From: a bacterium
GTDB taxonomy: Bacteria; Patescibacteriota; Saccharimonadia; UBA4664; JBBRNT01
Assembly: GCA_043767845.1 (NCBI GenBank)
Contig: JAYUFZ010000016.1
Location: forward strand, 2,523-66,522
Length of the DNA: 64,000 bases
Direction: 5' to 3'
Of this stretch, positions 1 through 9,094 are shown in pieces. Every line of letters starts with the position of its first letter. Position 1 is the first letter of the stretch. The translations under genes were made by a program, and so were the position numbers. The notes beneath the pieces are model-generated. The model ran no database searches. It had not been told where the DNA came from and saw only the letters and a list, made by a program, of their open reading frames with translations.

Positions 1-142
1 CGGACTAACCCTCCCCGACCTGTAACCACAACGGTATCTGGAAACCGTGAATCTACAATTTGGCAGATGCTCCCAAGTATCTGCCCCAACCCAAGGTTTT
101 GATCTGGCAATCGCCGGAATAGATCAAAACATTAGGTAGGAA

Positions 143-409
143 TTATTTCTCCAGGACTTCGGAGGCGTTTAGGTAGCCGGACTTCAAGTAGTACTTGAGT
201 TGCTCCAGGAACTTAATACCATCACTGGGCAAATACGTTTTGGGTTGGCCTGCTTTACGCATTTCATTCATAACGCCGTCGGACTGCAGACTCGATACTA
301 GATCAGGGTCTCCGCTGCAGCTCACTATATTATCGTCACCGAGCGTACAGATGGCGGCTATAGATTGCTTGTAGTCGGCTCCAAGGCGATAGATTTCGAC
401 ATATTTCAT
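143..409 (-). CDS. small hypothetical protein (88 aa), immediately downstream of the kinase-like gene
   Basis: Intact ORF with AGGAG 6 nt upstream of ATG (rc of 410-423). 14-nt gap to upstream gene on same strand. No recognisable motif. Confidence 0.45.
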   Translation of the reverse strand: MKYVEIYRLGADYKQSIAAICTLGDDNIVSCSGDPDLVSSLQSDGVMNEMRKAGQPKTYLPSDGIKFLEQLKYYLKSGYLNASEVLEK

Positions 410-423
410 AGTTTGCTCCTGGA

Positions 424-1380
424 TTAATAGGGCTGATATTTGCGGGCATAAGGGCTACCACGGAATTCCTCCCATGGACGGGCACTGCCGTTTGGGTCGC
501 TGAGGCAATCCCGTAGCCAATCGGTACGGCTCTGGAAATCGGCAATCTCGTCCTCCGGTAAAAGCAGGGTAAGTTCTCTCAGAAGGCTCTGCATTTTTTT
601 ACCGTCTCCGATGGTTTTTAAGAATTCCTGGCGAAATTGTGGGTCAATCTCGGATTCGGGGTAGTGGAGGGGGTTAAACGTGCGCTGTTCCGAACCGAAG
701 CGTTCCCGGAAAGCCATACCATTATCAATGGCAATTAATCTTCCATCCTCCTGCAGGATGTTCTGGGTATGGCGATCAGTATTGAAAATCAAGCAATCAA
801 AAAGCCAAAGTTTTTGGTATTCGAGCTCGCTGACCTGAGCCCTTAGGACTGCACGACCCTTCTCTGCGAAGTCCTGCAGACTGCCAGTCTCCCCATTAAT
901 GGTGCGGATGACGGTCGGTGGCGCAAGATCAAAATCAAGCATTTTACTAACCAAGTAGCCGGCTCGTTCACGGTGGCATTGACCGCCTATTTCAGCGCTC
1001 CCCACTCGGTAGTGGTCGTATTCGCCGCTCACCGGCTTGAAGACCGCTGCGCCGTCGCCGATGAGCTGCATGATCTGGGTCGTGTTAACGCCACCACCCA
1101 GTGCTTCTACGTGTCCAATTGGCAGTTCGGTTAGCTCTTGTTCGGTGGGGCTCAGGTGGGTTTCGAATTCTGGAGGGAGCTCGGCCAGTTCCGAGAAATC
1201 TCCGTGCTGCATGTCCTCGAGGAGGTTGTGCGGCTCGGCCTCATTGCGTTTACTCAGCATGTCTTCGAGCTCGCTTGCAAGCTGGGCACTCGAAGAGGCG
1301 CTACTCTCGGTTTGCGCGGAGTCGGCGTTTGTTGATTCAGGTTGGTCGCGGTGGCCGCGGAAAAAGCCTAAGATACCCAT
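424..1380 (-). CDS. atypical kinase with PI3/PI4-kinase-like catalytic core; N-terminal ~90 aa acidic low-complexity region
   Basis: FNTDRHTQNILQEDGRLIAIDNGMAF matches the PI3K/PI4K catalytic loop (DRHxxN) and activation loop (D-F/N-G) with canonical 14-16 aa spacing. Gly-rich LGGGVNTT precedes it. Differs from HipA (DDHAKN…APAYD). Confidence 0.55.
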   Translation of the reverse strand: MGILGFFRGHRDQPESTNADSAQTESSASSSAQLASELEDMLSKRNEAEPHNLLEDMQHGDFSELAELPPEFETHLSPTEQELTELPIGHVEALGGGVNTTQIMQLIGDGAAVFKPVSGEYDHYRVGSAEIGGQCHRERAGYLVSKMLDFDLAPPTVIRTINGETGSLQDFAEKGRAVLRAQVSELEYQKLWLFDCLIFNTDRHTQNILQEDGRLIAIDNGMAFRERFGSEQRTFNPLHYPESEIDPQFRQEFLKTIGDGKKMQSLLRELTLLLPEDEIADFQSRTDWLRDCLSDPNGSARPWEEFRGSPYARKYQPY

Positions 1381-1417
1381 TACTTTGATGATAGCACGCG
1401 AGATTCCGCTTACGCCG

Positions 1418-1495
1418 TGTTTCGAATAGAAGGTTACCTTTTTACGCAGAAGAAAGGTAACCTTCTATTTACTTTCGGTATTTGTTTGGTATAAT
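1418..1495 (+). promoter_or_regulatory. dispersed promoter cassette copy A: palindrome AGAAGGTTACCTTT-N11-AAAGGTAACCTTCT (1428-1466) + TTTACT-16-TATAAT; upstream of cmk
   Basis: Near-identical ~80-bp sequence recurs at 27375, 33300 (minus), 41323 and 51035. -10 TATAAT at 1490-1495. Confidence 0.6.
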
Positions 1496-1574
1496 GCATT
1501 GCGGTGTGCTTGACCTAGCTCTTTTTGGTAGGTAGTCTAGCTCTGTTCAATCCATCCCCGACGAAGGGCGTACC

Positions 1575-2381
1575 ATGAGTGACAACGCAATTGATGAGGT
1601 GGTTGCCATCGATGGCCCGGCTGGCGTCGGCAAGTCTACAGCGGCGGCCGCGGTAGCGCTGCGACTCGGCTGGCTGTTTGTTAACACCGGATCGCTGTAT
1701 CGGACAGTGGTGGTAATGGCTGGTATCCACTCCATTCCACTTGATGATGAGACGGCGTTGGTCGAACTGATATTGGCCCATAGAATCACCATTCCTGGGC
1801 CAAACAGGGTTCGCGTACACAACGCTGAGTATTCCGAGCAGATTCGAGCCCCAGAGATCAGCATGCAGACGCCACTCGTAGCCAGACTGCCCAAGGTCAG
1901 GCAGGCGATCACCGAGCTGACCAAGCAGATGGTCGCTGATGCTCCTGGTGCTGTGCTTGAAGGCCGTGATATAGGCACGGTGGTCTTTCCGAACGCCAGA
2001 TACAAGTTCTGGTTGATGGCTGATGTGGCAATGCGTGAAGAGCGCATCCGGCTGATGCAGATGGAGCGAGGCGTTCCTGCCGATCAGTTGGCTGCTCAAA
2101 CCGAGGAGATCTTGGAGCGCGACCGAATTGACGCGCAGCGAACAACGTCGCCGATGAAGAAGGCTGATGGTGCGATTGCGATTGATTCGTCGCATTTATC
2201 GAAGGAAGAGGTCGTGGCGCACATCTGTTTGGTAGTCCAGGCCGAGTCTGATCCGGTTCAGCTGTTGCGAGCTGATGCCCTGCCGGTGCAAATTGCTCGA
2301 AACACTCCCCGGGGGCCAATATACTGGCTTGATGCCAATAATAAGCCGCTGCGCATGTTTCACCCACAGCCCGATAAGTAG
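1575..2381 (+). CDS. cmk: cytidylate kinase
   Basis: VVAIDGPAGVGKST P-loop and NTGSLYR motif typical of Cmk. C-terminal ~45 aa extension. Confidence 0.85.
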   Translation: MSDNAIDEVVAIDGPAGVGKSTAAAAVALRLGWLFVNTGSLYRTVVVMAGIHSIPLDDETALVELILAHRITIPGPNRVRVHNAEYSEQIRAPEISMQTPLVARLPKVRQAITELTKQMVADAPGAVLEGRDIGTVVFPNARYKFWLMADVAMREERIRLMQMERGVPADQLAAQTEEILERDRIDAQRTTSPMKKADGAIAIDSSHLSKEEVVAHICLVVQAESDPVQLLRADALPVQIARNTPRGPIYWLDANNKPLRMFHPQPDK

Positions 2382-2413
2382 TTCACCCGCCCCAAGCTAA
2401 GCTTGGGGTTTGT

Positions 2414-2854
2414 TTATTTGCGAGGTAACCTGGGGTGACTCAGCACGTTGAGTAGCAATGGGCTTTGGTGCTCGGGTAGAAAGTCGGGGTGGAACCATTT
2501 GGCGTCGCGCAGCTCCATGTGGTCGACGCGAATTTGGCGTTTGGTGGCTTTGGCCAGGTAAACGTGATTGCCAGGGCGGCCGAAATTATTCGTATTCTCG
2601 ATATAGCCAAGCTCGTCGTGGATCTCAACCGAGAGGCGTAGCTCCTCGAATACTTCACGTAGGGCGGCCGACTTGGGGTCTTCGCCGTCGTCAATGCCGC
2701 CGCCAGGCAGCGACCAATGCCCGAAGCCAACCCAATTGCGCACCAGTAGGATGTGCTCGTCGTGGGTTATCAGGATATTGGCGCCCTTGGTGGGTTTGCC
2801 AAGGCGGATAGGGTAGTGTTTGGAGATCTCTTTGTCGGTCACGTTGGAGCTCAT
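2414..2854 (-). CDS. NUDIX hydrolase
   Basis: Nudix box GGGIDDGEDPKSAALREVFEELRL (GX5EX7REUXEEXGU). Confidence 0.8.
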   Translation of the reverse strand: MSSNVTDKEISKHYPIRLGKPTKGANILITHDEHILLVRNWVGFGHWSLPGGGIDDGEDPKSAALREVFEELRLSVEIHDELGYIENTNNFGRPGNHVYLAKATKRQIRVDHMELRDAKWFHPDFLPEHQSPLLLNVLSHPRLPRK

Positions 2855-3790
2855 TTAGCTTGATAGATTGGCTTTGGGGTAGGAGCCGAAGATTGTGACC
2901 TGGCAATTCTGGGTTTTCAGGATTTCGAGCGCTCTACTAAGGCTAGTATCCCCGATGCCAGCTTCAACGTCTAGGTAAAAGGTGTAATGCCAGGCGTCGG
3001 TGGGAATGGGTCGGGAGTGTAGCATGGTCATATTCATACCGAGATCGGAGAAGGCGGCCAAGGCAGAGACTAGTGAGCCGGGCGTGTGATCAGTCACCAG
3101 AGCAAGCGAGGTCTTTGTGGCTTGGCTAAGGTTGGCGGGGCGCTGCGCGTCGAGGCGGATGAAGCGAGTGTAGTTGCGGTGATGGTCCTCGATATCGGCG
3201 GCTAATATTGGGAGCTGGTGCAGATCGGCGGCTGCCTTGGATGCGATGGCGGCTTTAGCGGGGTCGTTCCAGCTTTTGACCAAGGCCACGCTGCCGGCAG
3301 TATCAGACTCCTCGATTAATTTGGCGTGGGGCAAATGTTGTTCTAGCCAGGCTCGGCATTGGCCGAGGGCGGGGGCTTGGGAGTGAACTTCATTGATCTG
3401 TGATAGCTCACTACTGGGGAGCCCGATGAGCTGGTGGTGGATCTCTAGATATACTTCGCCGGCCACCCAGGCGTGCTGTTCGCTGAGTAGGTCGTAGGTG
3501 TCGTTGATGGTGCCGTAGAGTGAGTTCTCGATGGCCACTACGGCGTGGTCGGCCTGGCCACTTGAAACTGCCTTGAAGGCGGCAGTAAAGTTAGGGCAGC
3601 CAATAAGCTCAACATCTGAGCCAAAGAGTCGCGTGGCAGCCTCGGCGTGAAATGAACCTTCTTGGCCTTGGATAGCAATTTTTGTTTTTATCATGACCGC
3701 TAGCTTAGCAATTTTGAGGATGACAATCAAGGAAGGCCCGTATGCTGCTTCATAGAGCATAAGCGTTTGAAAAAGGTCTGATCTTTTCAT
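2855..3790 (-). CDS. pheA: prephenate dehydratase (PDT domain + C-terminal ACT domain)
   Basis: KIAIQGQEGSFHAEAA … VAIENSLYGTINDTYDLL match the PDT family; ACT-like C-terminus. Probable true start at Met 3694 (MIKTKIAIQG). The first 32 codons of the ORF-track start are encoded by the 3770-3812 palindrome and are likely not translated. Confidence 0.7.
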   Translation of the reverse strand: MKRSDLFQTLMLYEAAYGPSLIVILKIAKLAVMIKTKIAIQGQEGSFHAEAATRLFGSDVELIGCPNFTAAFKAVSSGQADHAVVAIENSLYGTINDTYDLLSEQHAWVAGEVYLEIHHQLIGLPSSELSQINEVHSQAPALGQCRAWLEQHLPHAKLIEESDTAGSVALVKSWNDPAKAAIASKAAADLHQLPILAADIEDHHRNYTRFIRLDAQRPANLSQATKTSLALVTDHTPGSLVSALAAFSDLGMNMTMLHSRPIPTDAWHYTFYLDVEAGIGDTSLSRALEILKTQNCQVTIFGSYPKANLSS

Positions 3791-3812
3791 ACTGAAAAGA
3801 TCAGACCTTTTT
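3770..3812. repeat. perfect 18-bp inverted repeat AAAAAGGTCTGATCTTTT-catactg-AAAAGATCAGACCTTTTT in the pheA/manB divergent intergenic region
   Basis: Read directly. Related words (AAAAGATCTGATCTT, GAAAAGGTCAGACCT) recur at 13401-13495 and 63521-63537. Confidence 0.6.
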
Positions 3813-3954
3813 CATGGATACACCTGAAAACGCTATTACGCTTTTGCTGTCAGGGGGTAACAATGATCTGATCTTTTCTATTGCTAACGGATGGCCAGAT
3901 CGCCAAAAGTATCAGATAATGAAAGTATACAGATCGCTAATCCGGAGGGTTCTT

Positions 3955-5298
3955 ATGAAATTCGCCCAACATATTTTCAAAGCTTATGATATTCGTGGCC
4001 TGGTGCCAGATGAATTAACCGTCGAGCTGGCCTATAGTGTCGGTGTGGCATTGGCCGACTTTTTGCCAGATGAAGGCCCCGTGGGTGTCGGCCGTGATAT
4101 GCGCCCCGATTCCGCCGAGCTGGCCGAGCATGTCCGGGCTGGTCTCATCGCCCAGGGCCGCGATGTGGTCGACATAGGCCAGGTCACCAGCGACATGATC
4201 TACTTCGCCGTCGGCAAGTACGACCTGGCCGGCGGAGCAATGATAACTGCCAGCCACAACCCCGGCCAATACAACGGCATAAAGATGTGCGGCAAAGCCG
4301 CACGCCCAATCGGAATTGAGACGGGGCTAGCAACAATCCGTGACGCCATTGCCGCCGACGACTTCAAAGAACCCACTCGTATCGGTCAGATCGCCCAAAA
4401 AGATATCGTCGATGCCTGGGTTGATCACTCCCTAGGCTTTGTCGATGTCGACAAATGGCCCCCTTACAAGATTGCAGTCGATGCCGGAAACGGCATGGCT
4501 GGAGCAATTATCCCTCATCTGCACGGCAAAACACCGCTTGAAGTCACGCCGATGTATTTCGAGCTAGATGGCACCTTCCCTAATCATCCGGCCAACCCAT
4601 TGGTGCCCGAGGGCACCGCCGACCTGCGCGCTCGAGTCAAAGCCGATAAGCTGGACTTCGGGGTGGCCTTCGATGGCGACGGTGACCGAGCTTTTCTGGT
4701 CGACGAATTAGGTAACCTCGTAACCGGGGGGCAAATGTCGGCCATGCTAGCCGCTGCCTTTTTGGCTAAGTTCCCTGGCGCCAATATCGTCTACGACGCC
4801 CGTAATTCACACACAGTTCCAGAAGTAATAACTGAACTAGGCGGTAAGCCTGTAATCTCCAAAGTCGGCCACAGCAATATCAAGGCTGTCATGCGCGAGG
4901 CCGACGCACCATTTGGTGGTGAATTCTCGGGGCATTACTACTTCCGCGACAACTATTATGCCGACTCCGGATTGATCGGCGCTTTGGCTGCTATCGATGT
5001 GCTCGCTAAGTCTGGTAAGAAGCTATCTGAACTGGCTGCCGAGTATAGCCACTACGCCTCGTCAGGCGAGATTAACTCCAAGGTTGAGGATCCAGCTGGC
5101 AAAATCGAGGAGCTGGTAAAAAAATACGAGGACGGCAATCAAGATCGCCTCGATGGCCTATCCGTAAACTACCCCACCTGGTGGTTCAATGTGCGTGGCA
5201 GCAACACCGAGCCTCTCCTGCGACTTAATGTTGAAGCCAAATCCGAGGCCGAAATGATTGCCAAACGGGACGAGCTGCTCGATTTGATCCGAGGCTAA
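3955..5298 (+). CDS. phosphomannomutase/phosphoglucomutase (alpha-D-phosphohexomutase)
   Basis: FKAYDIRG N-terminal motif and TASHNPGQYNGIK active-site serine loop. ORF-track start 3814 lies inside the palindrome; MKF… at 3955 is the more plausible start. Confidence 0.85.
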   Translation: MKFAQHIFKAYDIRGLVPDELTVELAYSVGVALADFLPDEGPVGVGRDMRPDSAELAEHVRAGLIAQGRDVVDIGQVTSDMIYFAVGKYDLAGGAMITASHNPGQYNGIKMCGKAARPIGIETGLATIRDAIAADDFKEPTRIGQIAQKDIVDAWVDHSLGFVDVDKWPPYKIAVDAGNGMAGAIIPHLHGKTPLEVTPMYFELDGTFPNHPANPLVPEGTADLRARVKADKLDFGVAFDGDGDRAFLVDELGNLVTGGQMSAMLAAAFLAKFPGANIVYDARNSHTVPEVITELGGKPVISKVGHSNIKAVMREADAPFGGEFSGHYYFRDNYYADSGLIGALAAIDVLAKSGKKLSELAAEYSHYASSGEINSKVEDPAGKIEELVKKYEDGNQDRLDGLSVNYPTWWFNVRGSNTEPLLRLNVEAKSEAEMIAKRDELLDLIRG

Positions 5299-5356
5299 TT
5301 GACTGCCTATGCGGGCGGGCATAGTATTAGGCTGTTCCTACTACGGAAGGCCCTGC

Positions 5357-5653
5357 ATGAATGCTGCTTTGAATCAACGGTTCGTCCCGCTCCCACGAGC
5401 TCTCGCCCGGATGTGGATGTTGGCTGCGGCCTTGGGTTTCTTGACTGGTCTACAGCGCCAGCCCGCCTACTGGTTGGTCAACGTGCCGTTCATGCTCTAC
5501 ATAGCAGCCCATCTGCTGCATCGCCAGCCAAACAGCACCGGATCAAAGCACGATGATTCGCTGGTGAACATCGCACTATCGTTCATCGCGGTCGGAATCG
5601 TCGTCCTTTTCTGGTTCAGTATCGGCGCGTTGATCCATCGGGCCTTGACCTGA
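5357..5653 (+). CDS. small membrane protein (98 aa), hypothetical
   Basis: GGAAGG 6 nt before ATG 5357. Two predicted TM helices. Rho-independent terminator 5673-5700. Confidence 0.4.
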   Translation: MNAALNQRFVPLPRALARMWMLAAALGFLTGLQRQPAYWLVNVPFMLYIAAHLLHRQPNSTGSKHDDSLVNIALSFIAVGIVVLFWFSIGALIHRALT

Positions 5654-5735
5654 CGCTTGTGCCCCGTTGTCCCGATCATCTGATCGGGCTTCTTTTTGTG
5701 TTGGAAGTTCGCCCACTGTTCGGTAATATAACTGT

Positions 5736-6293
5736 ATGACAGCAAATGTGGCAAAACTTGGGCACAAGAAAGTCCGCGAATTGGCGCTTAGTGGCGAGGT
5801 TGTATTGGCGACGGCCGAGGGCTTGCGCCAGCTGAAGCTCCAAACCAATGCTCTCCAGACCGAGCGAAAACGCCTCGACTATGAGATAGGCGAGACGGTA
5901 AAAGATTATCCCGACTTACGCGAGAACGCCACCTACGATGTGCTCATTGCCAAGATCGACCACTCCTTGCCGCGTCAGGAGGCCGACTTGCGCGACCTTA
6001 TCCAGAAAACGCAATTGTACATTGAGAAAACCAAGGCCGACGTCGTAGCTTTCGGCTCAGTCTTTAATCTAGAGACCGTCGATGGCGATCAATCACGCTT
6101 TTGGCTCGCCGGCCCGATCGAAGCTGGCGCACAGCTTATGCAAGAAGACGCATTAGCAGTGTCGTATCTATCACCACTCGGCAAAGCCGTCTGGGGTGCG
6201 GCAGTGGGAGATGAGATCGAAGTCCGCTTGCCGGCTCGTGGCAAAGATCGCTTTACGCTCTACCGGGTTGTATCAGCTAAACGACCAAAATAA
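5736..6293 (+). CDS. greA: transcription elongation factor GreA-family
   Basis: N-terminal coiled coil plus C-terminal FKBP-like region (VSYLSPLGKAVWGAAVGDEIEVRLP resembles Gre SPIGRALIGK…GD). Confidence 0.7.
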   Translation: MTANVAKLGHKKVRELALSGEVVLATAEGLRQLKLQTNALQTERKRLDYEIGETVKDYPDLRENATYDVLIAKIDHSLPRQEADLRDLIQKTQLYIEKTKADVVAFGSVFNLETVDGDQSRFWLAGPIEAGAQLMQEDALAVSYLSPLGKAVWGAAVGDEIEVRLPARGKDRFTLYRVVSAKRPK

Positions 6294-6334
6294 TCGGCCT
6301 GATTATTAAGCTTACGCTGTGCTAAAATTAGAGC

Positions 6335-6982
6335 ATGAAAAAACAAGCAACCAAGCCTTCCGCAAAACCTACTGCCAAAGCAGTCACAAAACCTATTCCA
6401 AATAGAGCTACCACAGCAGGTACGCAGGCACTTCAAAGGAACTGGAAATTACTTATCAGTGCAGCAGTAGGGCTTGTAGCATTGTTGGTTATAACCGCAG
6501 CTTACTCACATAAGGCCACAGCGCCGGCATCGCTCGTAGCTTGCACCTCGAACTTGGCGGGCGACGTAAACCAAGTCGAATACAGCTATAGCGGAGGGTC
6601 AACCCCGCCACCTTACGGATACGTTTACCATATTGCACTCAACTGCAACGGATCTGTATTCAATATGGAAGATACTGCCAACAAACCGCTTTACCATACG
6701 ACAGGAAAGAATGATGCCGCTTCCCAGCAGATTATTGCGGCCTTGGCCATGGACTTAGCGGACCGCCGTAAAAGCGAGGTAAAGCCTGACGCGCTCGATT
6801 GCACGACTACTGTTGGTGGCCCATGGGCTTCAATTGTTCTTACGCATTCTGATACTGCCAAAACTAAATACACGATTGATCTGTGCTTATTTAAGGGCGA
6901 TGAGCGTACGGCTGCACTTGTAGACCAAATCAAGGCGCTAATTCCAGATCTCGATAGTATTGTAGCCAGCCACCACAAATAG
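6335..6982 (+). CDS. hypothetical membrane-anchored protein (Lys-rich N-terminus, one TM)
   Basis: ORF with signal-anchor. No recognised motif. Confidence 0.4.
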   Translation: MKKQATKPSAKPTAKAVTKPIPNRATTAGTQALQRNWKLLISAAVGLVALLVITAAYSHKATAPASLVACTSNLAGDVNQVEYSYSGGSTPPPYGYVYHIALNCNGSVFNMEDTANKPLYHTTGKNDAASQQIIAALAMDLADRRKSEVKPDALDCTTTVGGPWASIVLTHSDTAKTKYTIDLCLFKGDERTAALVDQIKALIPDLDSIVASHHK

Positions 6983-6989
6983 CCTGCTC

Positions 6990-7048
6990 TTGACGCCCAA
7001 AAATCATAACGCTAGGATAAATTAGCACTCAGCATAATAGAGTGCTAA
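6990..7048 (+). promoter_or_regulatory. groES promoter (TTGACG-17-TAGGAT) followed by perfect CIRCE operator TTAGCACTC-N9-GAGTGCTAA (7022-7048)
   Basis: Exact CIRCE consensus (HrcA operator) read directly, 38 nt upstream of groES start. Confidence 0.9.
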
Positions 7049-7085
7049 TATTGATGTATAGAGTTTGAATAATAAGGAGGCTTAC

Positions 7086-7358
7086 ATGAAATTGCAGCCA
7101 CTCGCAGACCGGATTATAGCCACGCCAGTCGAAGCGGAAGCTAAGAGCGCTTCTGGTATTTTGTTGCCAGAAAGCGCCAAAGAAAAACCACAGATCGCCG
7201 AAGTTATCGCTGTTGGCGCTGATGTGAAAGAGATCAAGGTCGGCGATAAGGTCGTTTACTCCGAGAATTACGACCATCGCCCGGAGACTTTGAAAGTCGA
7301 TGGCAAGGACCTTTTGATTATGAAAGAGAAAAGTATTTTAGCAGTGGTAAAGGGGTAA
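7086..7358 (+). CDS. groES: co-chaperonin GroES
   Basis: MKLQPLADRIIATPVEAEAKSASGILLPESAKEKPQ. AAGGAGG RBS at 7073-7079. Confidence 0.95.
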   Translation: MKLQPLADRIIATPVEAEAKSASGILLPESAKEKPQIAEVIAVGADVKEIKVGDKVVYSENYDHRPETLKVDGKDLLIMKEKSILAVVKG

Positions 7359-7360
7359 TT

Positions 7361-9025
7361 ATGGCAAAGAAGATTTATTTTGACGATGAAGCCCGCAGCC
7401 GAGTACTAGCTGGGGCCAAGGAATTGTATGACGCCGTAAAGGTAACCATGGGGCCAAAGGGTCGCAACGTGGTGATCTCGAAGTCTTATGGTGGTCCGAC
7501 TGTCACGCATGACGGCGTCACAGTCGCCAAAGCTGTAGATATTGAGCAATCGCCCAAGCTGGAAAAGACCTGGGGCTACAATGTCGGCGCCGACCTGATC
7601 CGCCAGGCAGCTTCAAAGACAAATGATACGGTTGGCGATGGAACGACGACTTCGACTGTGCTTGCGTATCGTATTCTCGCAGAAGCTAATAAGCTAATTG
7701 CTTCTGGCCACAACCCGATGGATCTGAAAAAAGGCCTTGATCACGCTTCCAGCGAAGTATTGGCACAGATCGAAGGCATGAGCGAGAAGATTGCCGGCAA
7801 TCGGGCTAAAATCGCCCAGGTAGCTACCGTATCAGCAGGTGACTCCGAGATTGGTGAACTGATCGCCGACGTTATCGAAGCCGTTGGCGGCGAAGGCTCT
7901 GTCACCGTTGAGCAATCGCAAACGCTCGGTATGGAGAAGGAGATTGTCGAAGGCTTCAAGATCGACCGCGGTTACGTCAGCCCGTATATGGTCACTGATG
8001 CAGCCCGTATGGAATCCGTATACGACAAGCCGCTCATCATGATTACCGATAAGAAGATCAGCTCCATTCAAGAGATTTTACCGTTACTCGAGAAAGTCGC
8101 CCAAGGCGGCAAGAAGGAATTGGTGATTATTGCTGAGGATGTAGAAGGCGATGCATTATCGACTCTAATCTTGAACCGCTTAAAGGGCGCATTTAATGCC
8201 CTAGCTATCAAGGCTCCAGCCTTTGGCGACCGCCGCAAGGCAATCCTCGAAGATATCGCCATCTTGACCGGTGCCCAGGTTATCAGTGATGAAAGTGGCA
8301 TGACCTTTGAGAATGTCGGTGTTGAAGTACTGGGAAGCGCTCGTAAGATCATTGCTACCAAGGATGACACAACCATTATTGAAGGCTACGGTGATCTGAA
8401 AGACGTCAATGACCGCATTGCCCAGATTAAGGCTCAGGCCGAGCATGCTACCAGCGAATACGACAAAGAGAATATGGAAAAGCGATTATCGGCGCTAGCC
8501 GGCAAGGTCGCCGTTATCAAAGTCGGCGGTGCTACTGAGACCGAGATCGAGGAAAAGAAGTTCCGCGTCGATGATGCCGTAGCTGCTACCAAAGCAGCCG
8601 TGGCCGAAGGTATTGTCCCTGGCGGCGGCGTGACTTTAGTCGATCTGTCCAAGTCTATTGATCTTGAAGGCGCTAAGGCTACAGATTCCCGCGCAGTTGG
8701 AGCATTAATACTGAAGGAAGCGCTGCTACACCCCTTCCGCCAGCTGATGTTTAACGCCGGATTGAATCAAGAAGAAAAGCTCGCCAAGGTGCTCGAATCA
8801 GGTAAGCCAGGTTGGGGCTTCGACGTCAATGCTGCAGATAAATTGATCGACCTGATGCAAGCCGGAATCGTCGACCCGGCCAAGGTGACGCGCGAAGCTA
8901 TTACCAATGCTGTATCTGTTGCCGGTACAGCCATGACCATGGGCAGCCTCATTGTTGAGATCCCAGAAGAGAAATCTGGCGGCGGCGCTGGTGGCGGGAT
9001 GCCTGGCATGGGCATGGATTACTAG
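7361..9025 (+). CDS. groEL: chaperonin GroEL
   Basis: Canonical GroEL sequence with C-terminal GGM-like tail. Confidence 0.97.
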   Translation: MAKKIYFDDEARSRVLAGAKELYDAVKVTMGPKGRNVVISKSYGGPTVTHDGVTVAKAVDIEQSPKLEKTWGYNVGADLIRQAASKTNDTVGDGTTTSTVLAYRILAEANKLIASGHNPMDLKKGLDHASSEVLAQIEGMSEKIAGNRAKIAQVATVSAGDSEIGELIADVIEAVGGEGSVTVEQSQTLGMEKEIVEGFKIDRGYVSPYMVTDAARMESVYDKPLIMITDKKISSIQEILPLLEKVAQGGKKELVIIAEDVEGDALSTLILNRLKGAFNALAIKAPAFGDRRKAILEDIAILTGAQVISDESGMTFENVGVEVLGSARKIIATKDDTTIIEGYGDLKDVNDRIAQIKAQAEHATSEYDKENMEKRLSALAGKVAVIKVGGATETEIEEKKFRVDDAVAATKAAVAEGIVPGGGVTLVDLSKSIDLEGAKATDSRAVGALILKEALLHPFRQLMFNAGLNQEEKLAKVLESGKPGWGFDVNAADKLIDLMQAGIVDPAKVTREAITNAVSVAGTAMTMGSLIVEIPEEKSGGGAGGGMPGMGMDY

Positions 9026-9094
9026 TACGACCTCGCTGTTTCACGTATTCCGTCTGATCTGAAAAAAGAGACCCCTTAGGGGTCTCTTTTTGGT

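Noticed and set aside
1037-1429. Three plus-strand ORFs (130, 95, 65 aa) antisense to the kinase-like gene
   Set aside because: Low-complexity translations, no RBS, fully embedded in a well-supported minus-strand CDS.
3790-3816. ORF-track start codons for pheA (3790) and manB (3814)
   Set aside because: Both N-terminal extensions are encoded by the arms of the 18-bp perfect palindrome (MKRSDLF on both strands). Conserved protein starts lie further in (3694; 3955).
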